Of a stretch of DNA of 64,000 nucleotides, positions 35,018 to 45,480 are shown piece by piece. This DNA is from Dehalococcoidia bacterium. Lineage in GTDB: Bacteria > Chloroflexota > Dehalococcoidia > Lucifugimonadales > UBA3495. The stretch lies in assembly GCA_965249065.1 (NCBI GenBank), contig CBDFLG010000001.1, positions 1,414,646 through 1,478,645 of the forward strand. The letters run 5' to 3'. The notes beneath the pieces are model-generated. The model made no database searches and was not told the origin of the DNA. It saw nothing but the letters and a program-made list of their open reading frames with translations. Position 1 is the first letter of the stretch; every line of letters starts with the position of its first letter. Both the position numbers and the translations under genes were made by a program.

Positions 35018-35470
35018 TTACCCGGATGAACTGCTGACGGTCGGCGGCAACTGTCCGCCACCGGCCCTGGCGCGGCGGCGGCGCACGGTGTCGAGACGCG
35101 CCTGAGCGCGACGGAGCGACGACATAGCGCGTTCCAGTTGCACCTCAGTCGGCTGGCCGACAATGCGCTCTTGGGCGCGGCGCATCGCCTCCTGAGCCCG
35201 GGCCTCGTTGATTTCCTCGGAATGCTCGCAGGCGTCGGCCAGGATAGTGACCCGGTTGGCCAGCACTTCCATGAACCCGCCGGTAACCGCGAAATAGGTG
35301 TCCGCCCCGTTCTTGCGGATGGTCAGTTCACCGGGTTGCAGTATAGTCATCAGTGGGGCGTGGCGTGGCAGGATGCCCAACTGCCCGTCAATGCCCGGGG
35401 CAATGAGCATATCCACTTCTTCCCCATAGACCTGCCGCTCGGCAGTGGTGATTTCCAGCAGCATCGGCAT
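35018..35470 (-). CDS. atpC: F1 ATP synthase subunit epsilon
   Basis: Typical N-terminal beta sandwich (GQLGILPRHAPLMT) and position after atpD. Confidence 0.9.
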   Translation of the reverse strand: MPMLLEITTAERQVYGEEVDMLIAPGIDGQLGILPRHAPLMTILQPGELTIRKNGADTYFAVTGGFMEVLANRVTILADACEHSEEINEARAQEAMRRAQERIVGQPTEVQLERAMSSLRRAQARLDTVRRRRARAGGGQLPPTVSSSSG

Positions 35471-35476
35471 GGCGGC

Positions 35477-36901
<1,425 letters not shown>

Positions 36902-36908
36902 CTAGACG

Positions 36909-37289
36909 CTAGGCTCTCATATTCAGATACAGGGCGCGGGGGTCAATGGCAATCTCCTCATTGTCGAGGTCAAGGCTGATTTTCCACCGCTGCATCATGT
37001 CCGCCCCGATGATAAGCTCCTCAGCCAGATCATCCACAACGAAGAAGTGGTACATCAGCGGGGACCCGTCCACATCAATGTCCAGATTGATGGTTTGGTC
37101 CACGGTGAACCCTTCCCGCACGTCGGCCAGAATAAACTGCATGGGCCGGGGGGTGCCGACGATGTCCCCCAAGGGTTCCGCGATGTCCCGCCGGACGAAA
37201 GAGGCACCCGATCCGGTGTCGTACAAGACCCGCACCGTGTCGTTGCTGCGATTTCCGGTAACGGTGTACTCTTTGACAATAATTCCCAT
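36909..37289 (-). CDS. retropepsin-like (clan AA) aspartic protease domain protein
   Basis: 126 aa with VLYDTGSGASFV (the D-T-G-S catalytic motif) and ELIIGADMM. It starts 2 nt after the atpG stop, with GGAGGGG as SD. Confidence 0.7.
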   Translation of the reverse strand: MGIIVKEYTVTGNRSNDTVRVLYDTGSGASFVRRDIAEPLGDIVGTPRPMQFILADVREGFTVDQTINLDIDVDGSPLMYHFFVVDDLAEELIIGADMMQRWKISLDLDNEEIAIDPRALYLNMRA

Positions 37290-37291
37290 TT

Positions 37292-38155
37292 CTACCCCTC
37301 CAGCAGTGCCATGCCGCCCATCAGATCCAGCAGTTCGTTGGTGATGCTTTCCTGGCGCAGCTTGTTCATCACCAGGGTGAGGTCTTCGCTGAGCTGCTTG
37401 GCGTTGTCGGTGGCGTTTCGCATGGCGACCATTCGGGCCGACTGCTCGCTGGCGATGGACTCCAGCAAGGCATGGTAGACCTGCATCTCCACAAAGCGGG
37501 GCAGCAGGCTCTGAAGCACAATCAAGTTGTCTGGCTCGTAGATATAGCCTACGCGCTCGGAGCCGGTCAGTTCCGAGGGCGTTACGGGCAGCAGCCGCTC
37601 CACCACTGGCGTCTGCGACAGCGTCGAGTTGAAGCGGGTGTAGGCCACGTAGACCTCATCGGCAGTGCCTTCGGCGTAGGCGTCGATGAGGATGTGAGAA
37701 ATGGCGATTGTATCCAGCAGGTCCGGAGTCTCCCCCAAGTCGGTGAATACGGCCCGCAGATCCCGCCCGGCCCGCACCATGAAGTCCCGCCCCTTGCGTC
37801 CCACGGCGATGGCCTGCACCGGGACTTCCTGCTCTAGCATGAACTGGCCCACGCGGCGGTTGAGGTTGGCGTGCATCCCGCCGCAAAGTCCCCGGTCAGG
37901 GCTGATGACCAGCACGGCAATGCGCTCCACGGGCCGCACCTGAAGCAATGGCTGAGAGGAGGATACATCGTCGGAGGGCTGGGCCGCCAAGTGAGCGATA
38001 ACGTCCTGAATCTTCTCGGAGTAGGGCCGCCCCTGCAGAACCGAGTTCTGGGCGCGGCGCATTTTGGACGCGGCAATCAGCGACATGGCGTTGGTCACCT
38101 TGCCGGTGTTGTCCACGCTGCGGATGCGTCGTCGTATGTCTCTTACACTGGGCAT
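37292..38155 (-). CDS. atpG: F1 ATP synthase subunit gamma
   Basis: MPSVRDIRRRIRSVDNTGKVTNAMSLIAASKMRRAQ N terminus and ITNELLDLMGG C terminus. Confidence 0.95.
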   Translation of the reverse strand: MPSVRDIRRRIRSVDNTGKVTNAMSLIAASKMRRAQNSVLQGRPYSEKIQDVIAHLAAQPSDDVSSSQPLLQVRPVERIAVLVISPDRGLCGGMHANLNRRVGQFMLEQEVPVQAIAVGRKGRDFMVRAGRDLRAVFTDLGETPDLLDTIAISHILIDAYAEGTADEVYVAYTRFNSTLSQTPVVERLLPVTPSELTGSERVGYIYEPDNLIVLQSLLPRFVEMQVYHALLESIASEQSARMVAMRNATDNAKQLSEDLTLVMNKLRQESITNELLDLMGGMALLEG

Positions 38156-38215
38156 ATTCTCAAATGACCGGGCAGGATTGGATCGGCGTCTGGGCCAAGG
38201 CCGCCCAGCGCATTG

Positions 38216-39727
38216 CTACGCGCCGAAGGTGGACTTGTAGTCCGCGATGACCTGGTTCAGCTTCGCCTCGGTTTCGTCGGTGATGTCATTGGTCTCCAGG
38301 ATGCTTTCCAAGATGTCGGGATGGCTTCCGGACACGTGGCGGAGCAGGCCCTGCTCGAACTCGGCGGAGCGCTCCAGTGGCACGTCTCCCATTGACCCGG
38401 AGTTGACTGCGAATAGAATGACCACTTCCTGGTCCAGCGACAGCGGCGCGTATTGGGCTTGCTTCAGCACCTCGGTCGCCAACTGGCCCCGTGCCAGTTG
38501 CGCCCGGGTGGCGGCGTCCAGATCGGCGGTTCCGAACTGGGCAAAGGTCGCCAGCTCGCGGTACTGGGCCAGGTCCAGGCGCAACCGTCCCGCCACCTTG
38601 CGGATGGCCCGCGTCTGGGCCGCGCCGCCCACACGCGACACCGACAGGCCCACGTTTACGGCGGGGCGGATGCCGGAGTTGAACAGTTCCGGCTCTAGGT
38701 AGATTTGCCCATCGGTGATGGAAATCACGTTGGTGGGAATGTAGGCCGACACGTCACCGGCCTGCGTCTCGATGATCGGCAGGGCGGTTATGGAGCCGCC
38801 GCCGTGTTCCTCGTCCAAGCGGGCCGACCGTTCCAGCAAACGGCTGTGCAGGTAGAAGACGTCGCCAGGGTAGGCTTCGCGCCCGGCGGGGCGGCGCAGC
38901 AGGAGCGACATCTGCCGGTAAGCCCAGGCGTGCTTGGTCAGGTCGTCGTAGACGATCAGCACGTCCTTGCCTTCGTCCATGAACTGCTCGGCCATGGCGC
39001 AGCCGGCGTAGGGGGCCAGATATTGCAGCGGGGCGGAGTCGGAAGCGCCGGCGGTGACCACGATGGTGTGGCTCATAGCGTCGGCTTCTTCCAGCGAACC
39101 CACTACCTGGGCCACCTTGCCCTGCTTCTGGCCGATGGCGACGTAGATGCAGATGAGGTCGCCGCCCTTCTGGTTGATGATGGTATCCACGGCGATGGCG
39201 GTCTTGCCGGTGGAGCGGTCGCCGATTATCAGCTCCCGCTGGCCGCGCCCGATGGGAATCATGGAGTCTATGGCCTTGATGCCCGTCTGCACCGGCGTGT
39301 TCACCGACTGGCGCACCACCACGTTGGGGGCAACGGTTTCGGCGGAGCGGCTGCCGCTGGTGTTGACGGCTCCCTTGCCGTCCAGCGGACGGCCCAAGGG
39401 GTCTACAACGCGGCCGATGAGGCCCTCGCCCACCGGAACCTCGATGATTCGGCCGGTGGAGCGCACCCGGTCGCCTTCCTTCACCGCGTTGGGGTCGCCC
39501 AGAATAGCCGCGCCCACCAAGTCGGCCTCCAGGTTGAGCGCCAGCCCCAGGGTGTCGTTGCCGAAGTCCAGCAGCTCGTTGGAGCGCACCCCCTGAAGGC
39601 CCTGGATGCTGGCGATACCGTCGCCAACCTGGACCACGGTGCCAACGTCCACCAAGGTCAGGTCGCCGCCGAACTCCTCGATTTGGCGCTTAATCAGCGA
39701 AACTATGTCCTGTCCCCTGGTAGCCAT
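38216..39727 (-). CDS. atpA: F1 ATP synthase subunit alpha
   Basis: P-loop GDRSTGKT, 503 aa. Confidence 0.97.
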   Translation of the reverse strand: MATRGQDIVSLIKRQIEEFGGDLTLVDVGTVVQVGDGIASIQGLQGVRSNELLDFGNDTLGLALNLEADLVGAAILGDPNAVKEGDRVRSTGRIIEVPVGEGLIGRVVDPLGRPLDGKGAVNTSGSRSAETVAPNVVVRQSVNTPVQTGIKAIDSMIPIGRGQRELIIGDRSTGKTAIAVDTIINQKGGDLICIYVAIGQKQGKVAQVVGSLEEADAMSHTIVVTAGASDSAPLQYLAPYAGCAMAEQFMDEGKDVLIVYDDLTKHAWAYRQMSLLLRRPAGREAYPGDVFYLHSRLLERSARLDEEHGGGSITALPIIETQAGDVSAYIPTNVISITDGQIYLEPELFNSGIRPAVNVGLSVSRVGGAAQTRAIRKVAGRLRLDLAQYRELATFAQFGTADLDAATRAQLARGQLATEVLKQAQYAPLSLDQEVVILFAVNSGSMGDVPLERSAEFEQGLLRHVSGSHPDILESILETNDITDETEAKLNQVIADYKSTFGA

Positions 39728-39873
39728 CGCGGGATCTCCTCGCCTGGTGAATTGGGGCCGGGTTGTCCGGGTTTAATCCGGGCCTGTCCGGGTTGGTGCA
39801 GGTTTGTCAGCCGTCGGGGAAAAGAAAGAACCCCTTGGGGCTTGGGGCGCTGATAGTTCCGCTGGCGCGGGGA

Positions 39874-40413
39874 TCAGCGAGAGCCGAAGCTGAGTTGCTC
39901 CCGCAGTCCGTTCAGCCTGGCTTGGGCGCTGCCGTCCAGCAGGCGGTCGCCTATCTGGATGACCAACCCGCCTAGGATTGTCTCATCTACTCGCGCCGTC
40001 ACCGCCACCTCCCGGCCAATGAGGCCGGAGACGAAAGTGGCGATCCGCTCAACCTCCGGGGGTTCCAGCGGCACGGCGGTGGTGACTTCGACCCGCTGCC
40101 GGCCCTGATGCCGGTCCAGCAGTTCGGAGTATTCCCTGCAAGCATCGGTGATGGCGTCAACCAACCCCCGCGCCACCAGCAGGTTCACCATATTCCGCAC
40201 CATGGGGCGGATGCCTGCCAGCACTGCTTCGGTGGCTTGCAGCTTGTCGGCTGCCGGAACTCCGGCGTGTTTAAGCAGCGCGTTGAAATCAGCGTCCTCG
40301 AACGCCTCGGCAACCACGGTCATGTCCTGGCCCCACTGGTCTGCCTCACCCTGTTCTTGGGCCAGTTCAAAAACCGCTTGTCCGTACCGCCTGCCTGAGA
40401 CCCTTTGAGCCAT
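39874..40413 (-). CDS. atpH: F1 ATP synthase subunit delta (OSCP)
   Basis: RRYGQAVFELA N terminus, 179 aa, operon position. Confidence 0.85.
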   Translation of the reverse strand: MAQRVSGRRYGQAVFELAQEQGEADQWGQDMTVVAEAFEDADFNALLKHAGVPAADKLQATEAVLAGIRPMVRNMVNLLVARGLVDAITDACREYSELLDRHQGRQRVEVTTAVPLEPPEVERIATFVSGLIGREVAVTARVDETILGGLVIQIGDRLLDGSAQARLNGLREQLSFGSR

Positions 40414-40420
40414 CGGTTAG

Positions 40421-40924
40421 CTAACCCCTTCGCAGGCTTTCGCCTTCTTCCAGCACCTGGGCAATCAGGTCTTCGTGGGCCTGCCGGTCCAAGGAGCGGC
40501 GGACGACCCGTTCGGCGGCGGTGATCGCCAAGTCGCCGAAGTTGGCCCGCACTTCCTCGATGGCCGCGTCCCGCTCCCGCTGAATGTCGGCCTGCGCCCG
40601 TGAGACGAAGGCTTCCGCCTCGCCCCGGGCGCGTTCCATTTCTTCGGCGCGGAATCGTTCCGCGGTTTCGCGGGCCTGATCCATTATGCGCTGCGCCTCA
40701 CGGCGAGCCTCGACCAACTGCCCCTCAACGGCCTCTTGGGAAGTGGCGGCCGCTTCGCGCGCGCGCTCCGAAGCCTCCAGGCTCTCCCTGATCCGTTCGG
40801 CCCGCTGGTCCATCAGGCGGAGAATGGGCTTGTAGGCGAAAAGGCGCAACAGCACCAGTACCAACAGGAAGTTGACGAGGTAGATTAGCAGGCTTGGGAC
40901 GTGGATTCCCAATGTCTCCAGCAT
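40421..40924 (-). CDS. atpF: Fo ATP synthase subunit b
   Basis: Single N-terminal TM followed by a long charged helix. Operon position. Confidence 0.85.
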   Translation of the reverse strand: MLETLGIHVPSLLIYLVNFLLVLVLLRLFAYKPILRLMDQRAERIRESLEASERAREAAATSQEAVEGQLVEARREAQRIMDQARETAERFRAEEMERARGEAEAFVSRAQADIQRERDAAIEEVRANFGDLAITAAERVVRRSLDRQAHEDLIAQVLEEGESLRRG

Positions 40925-40940
40925 TTTGTCCTCAGCCGTG

Positions 40941-41234
<294 letters not shown>

Positions 41235-41259
41235 TCAAGTATATGCCAAATCTGACGCT

Positions 41260-41358
41260 CTAGTCCTGTCTCGACGCGTAGATGGCGAATATCCCGCCCA
41301 GAGCGGCGGCGGAAATTCCCACTGTGGCAAGCAGTATTACGAAAATCAGGATTTCCAT
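41260..41358 (-). CDS. possible 32-codon single-TM micro-ORF between atpB and atpE
   Basis: Own translation: MEILIFVILLATVGISAAALGGIFAIYASRQD. GGGAGGGG lies 8 nt upstream. Below the ORF-track size cut-off. Confidence 0.3.
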   Translation of the reverse strand: MEILIFVILLATVGISAAALGGIFAIYASRQD

Positions 41359-41424
41359 TCTCTATGCCCCTCCCGGAAAATCCCCTCTCCATAAAGGAGA
41401 AAGTGATTACTCCGCTAAAGCTCT

Positions 41425-42498
41425 CTAATGATGTTCTTCGTGGCTCTCGTGCTCGTGGGCCGTCATTGCGATGGCGGCGAACACGAGGGTCAGGCCGGCG
41501 AAAATAAGTCCCTGAATGAACCCCACCAGCAACTCCAGCCCGTAGACTCCCACGGTAGCCACGAAAGGCACGAGGAAGGCGGACACCAAGACCAGAATCT
41601 CTCCCGCTGTCATGTTGCCAAACAGACGGAACGTGAAGCTGATGAGCCGGACGAACTCGCTGAAAGCCTCCAGCGGGCCGACGAAGAAAAAGTCCAGCAG
41701 GCCCTGGAAGGCGTCCAGCAGCTTGAAGCGGAACAAGGCGCTCAGGCCGGCCTTCAGGCTCCGCACGCGGATGAACTTGCCCAAGTAACCGATGCCCAGC
41801 ATTCGCAGTCCTAGGTACTCGACGAATACAAAGGAAATCAGAGCCAGCGCCAACGGCATATTGATGTCGGTGCCTGCCGGCCGAAGCAGATGAATTTCCA
41901 CGATCCCGTCGCTCTTGAAACCGAGCGAGGGATAGATGGGCAACAGCCCAATCCAAGCGTTGATGACTACGAACAGGAAGATGGTGGCGATGACCGGGAA
42001 GATCATCCGCGAGCGCTGCGGCCCCACCGTGCCTTCAACGAAGCGCAGCAGGCCGTCGATGACTATCTCGCAAAAGTTCTGGAAGCGGCCGGGAACCAGG
42101 CTGGCCCGCCGCGCTCCGAAGGCGAACACCGCGACCAGCACGATGCTGGCGATCCAGGAAGAGAGCAGCGTGTTGGTGATGATGAAGTTGTTGCCCTGAT
42201 AGGGGCCTTCTTCCACCACCTCATGCTCGTGCTCGTCCAGCGCACCCTCGCCGTACTTGCGCTCTTTGTGTTCAGCATGGAGGAACTCTACGTAGTGGTC
42301 GCGCGCGCCGACGGGGCCGACGACCTGGGCGGGGAGGTGAACCGCCGGTTTGTTGATGAACGGCCCTTCGGCAGTCTCGCCGGCTGCCTTTTTTTCTTCG
42401 GACTGCACCAGTCCTGCGCCAATGGCTCCGGTGATCAGCCCCGCAATGGCAAGGGCCGCAACAACCAGAAGACCGAATAACAGGACTCCGCGGTTCAC
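41425..42498 (-). CDS. atpB: Fo ATP synthase subunit a with extended N-terminal region
   Basis: The C-terminal half carries the conserved Arg region (ISFTFRLFGNMTAGE). An N-terminal TM and hydrophilic His/Glu-rich stretch of roughly 115 aa precede the core. GTG start overlaps the upstream stop. Confidence 0.9.
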   Translation of the reverse strand: MNRGVLLFGLLVVAALAIAGLITGAIGAGLVQSEEKKAAGETAEGPFINKPAVHLPAQVVGPVGARDHYVEFLHAEHKERKYGEGALDEHEHEVVEEGPYQGNNFIITNTLLSSWIASIVLVAVFAFGARRASLVPGRFQNFCEIVIDGLLRFVEGTVGPQRSRMIFPVIATIFLFVVINAWIGLLPIYPSLGFKSDGIVEIHLLRPAGTDINMPLALALISFVFVEYLGLRMLGIGYLGKFIRVRSLKAGLSALFRFKLLDAFQGLLDFFFVGPLEAFSEFVRLISFTFRLFGNMTAGEILVLVSAFLVPFVATVGVYGLELLVGFIQGLIFAGLTLVFAAIAMTAHEHESHEEHH

Positions 42499-42743
42499 TA
42501 GGAATTTTCTCCGTTAGAGCGAGGGTTGCGGGGTCCCGAGCCGCTGCTAAACAAAGGGCTCACCATCTTATAGAGTCCATAGAAGGCCAGGAATGTTCCG
42601 AAGAGCACTCCCAGCAAGGTGAAGATCGGCGTTGTTCCCGTGTACTTGTCCAAAACTAACCCGCCAACCGTTCCCACAACCACGCAGGTGGCTACGTACC
42701 AGCCCAGTCCCACGAGTCTCAGGGCAAGGAGCCGACGGTTCAT
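42498..42743 (-). CDS. AtpZ/AtpI-family small membrane protein
   Basis: 81 aa with two TM helices. First gene of the atp operon. Confidence 0.65.
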   Translation of the reverse strand: MNRRLLALRLVGLGWYVATCVVVGTVGGLVLDKYTGTTPIFTLLGVLFGTFLAFYGLYKMVSPLFSSGSGPRNPRSNGENS

Positions 42744-42784
42744 GACACCGCTCAGACCGGACGGCGCTCAAATCAAACGGCAGG

Positions 42785-42813
42785 ATATTATCACCCAACA
42801 CCCCAAAAGTCAA
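42785..42813 (-). promoter_or_regulatory. sigma70-like promoter TTGACT-17-TAATAT for the atp operon
   Basis: Minus strand reads catTTGACTtttggggtgttgggtgaTAATATcc, about 40 nt upstream of the first atp gene. Confidence 0.55.
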
Positions 42814-42888
42814 ATGGATTTTGGCCCCAGCCGCGCGTCTCCGACGGTCCTGTTCCAGCCACGGCGAGGCGCCACCCGTGTGACCTTA

Positions 42889-42917
42889 CCGGCCCCGATG
42901 GATTCCATCGGGGCCGG
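42889..42917. terminator. GC hairpin downstream of the DUF151 gene
   Basis: ccggccccgatgg pairs with ccatcggggccgg (12-13 bp). No U tract on the minus-strand RNA, so its terminator function is uncertain. Confidence 0.35.
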
Positions 42918-42966
42918 GATAGCATCTGGCCTTTTCGGTTTTCGGTCAGGCAGATTACCTGCCAGA

Positions 42967-43512
42967 TTATTTGTTGTCGAAATCTTCTAGGTCGAGAGAG
43001 TCAATGAAGTCGGTGAAGGCCGACATGCCTTCAAGCTCTTCCTCCTTGACCTCGGTGCGCGATTCCCCTGCGACAGGGCGGTCTTCGGCCTGGCCGCTGG
43101 GTTTGCCTTCCTTGTCCAACTGGATCCCGGCCTTGTCAAGGACCGACTCGTTGACGAAGATGGGCACTTGTGCCCGCACCGCCAGAGCCACGGCGTCGCT
43201 GGGGCGGCAGTCTATGTCTTCCTTCTCGCCGTTGACCTCGATGGTGATAGTGGCGTAGAAGGTGTCGTTCTGCAAGTCGTTGACCAGTATGTGCTGAATG
43301 GAGCCGCCCAGTTTGTCAATGACCTCGCGGAGCAGGTCATGGGTGAGCGGGCGGGGAACACTCAGATCCTGGAGTTTCACCGCGATGGCGTCGGCCTCGG
43401 CGGGTCCAATCCAGATGGGCAGATAGCGGTCGGAATCGTTCTCCCGGAGGATGACCACCCTCTGATAGTTCATGGGACTCATACGGATGCTGTCAACAGT
43501 CATCTGTTTCAT
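42967..43512 (-). CDS. bifunctional nuclease family protein (DUF151)
   Basis: Start at ATG 43512. The sequence VVILRENDSDRYLPIWIGPAEADAIA...RPLTHDLL fits the family, followed by an acidic tail. Confidence 0.75.
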   Translation of the reverse strand: MKQMTVDSIRMSPMNYQRVVILRENDSDRYLPIWIGPAEADAIAVKLQDLSVPRPLTHDLLREVIDKLGGSIQHILVNDLQNDTFYATITIEVNGEKEDIDCRPSDAVALAVRAQVPIFVNESVLDKAGIQLDKEGKPSGQAEDRPVAGESRTEVKEEELEGMSAFTDFIDSLDLEDFDNK

Positions 43513-43548
43513 TGTAAGCTGCCTCCGAATAAGTCCGGGTAGTGAAAA

Positions 43549-43578
43549 ATTGTATTCCTGTCTTAAATTCCTTGTCAA
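43549..43578 (-). promoter_or_regulatory. sigma70-like promoter TTGACA-18-TACAAT for the DUF151 gene
   Basis: Minus strand reads gggTTGACAaggaatttaagacaggaaTACAATttt, about 35 nt upstream of ATG 43512. Confidence 0.5.
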
Positions 43579-43834
43579 CCCGAACCGCGGCGCCTGGGAG
43601 CGCCGGGAGCCAGGTTTCAAGACGAAATCAGGGATTTCCATCAGGCCGTAAGTCTAACACGGATGTCAGGGGCGACCACAACGTGGCTGCCCCTGAATGT
43701 TTGCTTTGGGCCGTCCCGGCGGATACGGCGCTGCGGGAAACTGCCGAGCCTCAGCCGGAGGCGATAGTGATTTTGGAGGCGCCGCCCTTGGCGGATTTGC
43801 CCCGCGGCGGGTTCTTATCCGATGGGTTGGCGTG

Positions 43835-44281
43835 TTAGCGCACTGGCTCCCGCTCGTCGAAGTACTGCGAAGTCAGTGTCGCCGTAGCCGGGCCGGAAAG
43901 CACGTCGATTCCCCGGCGCACTACGGAGGTGATGCTGCTCAGTTCCTGCTCCAGGGTGCGGAGGCTGCGCAGCGCATAGGCGTCGGCGTCGGAGCGGTTG
44001 GCCGAGGACTGAGACTCCGCCTGCTCCAGCATCCGGCGGGAGCGCTCTTCGGCGTCACGCAGAATGGACACGGCCTTTTGCTCCGCCTGTAGCTGCAGCT
44101 CGTGCTTGTTGAGCCGCTCCCGGTAATCGTCTTCCGCCTGGGCTTTGGTGCGGCGGGCGTCGGTCTGGGCCAAGTTCAGGATGTGATCCTTCTGGGAAAG
44201 AACTTCCTCGGCGGCGCGGATTTCCTTGGGCACCGAGAGCCGTAGTTGGTCCACGAGCTCCATAGCCTTGGTCCGCTCCAC
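43835..44281 (-). CDS. coiled-coil protein of unknown function; the true start may lie upstream at a non-canonical codon
   Basis: A GTG-started ORF rich in heptad-like charged helices. The 33 in-frame codons upstream (44282-44380) look protein-like but contain no ATG, GTG or TTG. Confidence 0.6.
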   Translation of the reverse strand: MERTKAMELVDQLRLSVPKEIRAAEEVLSQKDHILNLAQTDARRTKAQAEDDYRERLNKHELQLQAEQKAVSILRDAEERSRRMLEQAESQSSANRSDADAYALRSLRTLEQELSSITSVVRRGIDVLSGPATATLTSQYFDEREPVR

Positions 44282-44383
44282 CAGGATGTGGCCTCCGACG
44301 CGGGCCGCCTTGCTGGTGTCGATGAGTGTCTCCAGTTTGTCGATGACATTTATAATATCGATGATAACCCCCTCTCCCGGTCA

Positions 44384-44878
44384 CTACCCTTCCAGGACCG
44401 GATCTCCGAATTTGGAATATAGCGCTTCCGCCACGTTGGGAGGGACCATCTCCCTGACATTTCCACCAAGCTTGGCAACCTCCTTTAATAGACTGGCGCT
44501 CACAAAGACATAGTCCTGTGAGGTCATGAAGCAAACCAGGTCCACTTCCGGCTCCAGTTTGCTGTTCATAAAGGCCATCTCGAATTCGTACTCGAAGTCG
44601 TAGCCGCTGCGCAGGCCCCGGACGATGACGCCGGCGCCGATTTCGCGGGCGAAGCGGACGGTCAGCCCCGAATACTGGACTACCTTGACGTTGGAAAGGT
44701 GCCCGCAGGCCTGCTTGAACAACGCCAGCCGCTCGTCGGTGGTGAACAGCAGGCTCTTGGACGGGGTGTCATAAACGGCGACAACCACCTCGTCGAACAA
44801 CTTGGCGGCGCGGGCCGTAATGTCCAAGTGTCCCACGGTCACCGGGTCAAAGCTGCCGGGATATAGCGCAATTACCAT
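44384..44878 (-). CDS. coaD: phosphopantetheine adenylyltransferase
   Basis: YPGSFDPVTVGHLD motif, 164 aa. Confidence 0.95.
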   Translation of the reverse strand: MVIALYPGSFDPVTVGHLDITARAAKLFDEVVVAVYDTPSKSLLFTTDERLALFKQACGHLSNVKVVQYSGLTVRFAREIGAGVIVRGLRSGYDFEYEFEMAFMNSKLEPEVDLVCFMTSQDYVFVSASLLKEVAKLGGNVREMVPPNVAEALYSKFGDPVLEG

Positions 44879-45480
44879 GCTTGTTCCGCCGCCCCTACGG
44901 ATTCTTCGCCGCCGCTGTCAGGCTTGCCTTCCGGCTCGTTTTGATAGAAACCCACCACGTTGTCTCCGTACTGCCGGAACATAACGCGCCGCAGTCTGCC
45001 GTAGGCGGCCCGGAGTTCCGTCTGCCTGGAATGTCCGGCGACCACCATACCGTCCGGAGTTAGCAACCCCTGCTGTCCGGCGATGGCCTCCAGCACCAAG
45101 TCGAAAGCCCCCAGTCGATAGGGAGGATCCAACAGTACCAGGCTGTAGCCGCCGGGCAGAACCGACAAGGCTCGCGTGGCGTCGGCCTGCCGCACGCCGG
45201 CTTGGTGGTCGAAGCCGGTGGCAACCAGGTTTTCGCGAATTACGGCGCACTGCTTGCGGTCCCGCTCCACGAAATCGGCCCACTCCGCGCCCCGGCTGAG
45301 TGCCTCAATGCCCAGGCTGCCTGTGCCTGCGAAGAGGTCCAGAACGCGCCGGTCCTGGTATTGTCCAGCCGCCAGGATGTTAAAAATTGCCGCTCGCACA
45401 CGCTCTGTAGTGGGGCGAACTCCCGGAATGACCGCGCCTTTCAGCCGCCTTCCCCGGGCTTCCCCGCCGCCTACACGCAT
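44872..45480 (-). CDS. rsmD: 16S rRNA (guanine966-N2)-methyltransferase RsmD
   Basis: RPTTERVRAAIFNIL, DLFAGTGSLGIEALSRGA and LLDPPY motifs. Overlaps coaD by 7 nt. Confidence 0.9.
   Translation of the reverse strand: MRVGGGEARGRRLKGAVIPGVRPTTERVRAAIFNILAAGQYQDRRVLDLFAGTGSLGIEALSRGAEWADFVERDRKQCAVIRENLVATGFDHQAGVRQADATRALSVLPGGYSLVLLDPPYRLGAFDLVLEAIAGQQGLLTPDGMVVAGHSRQTELRAAYGRLRRVMFRQYGDNVVGFYQNEPEGKPDSGGEESVGAAEQAW

Noticed and set aside
43521-43540. aagtccggg, reminiscent of the RNase P RNA GGAAAGUCCGGGC core, in the 322-nt spacer 43513-43834.
   Set aside because: The flanking sequence does not match any other conserved RNase P region. The motif also lies inside the SD and 5' leader region of the DUF151 gene.
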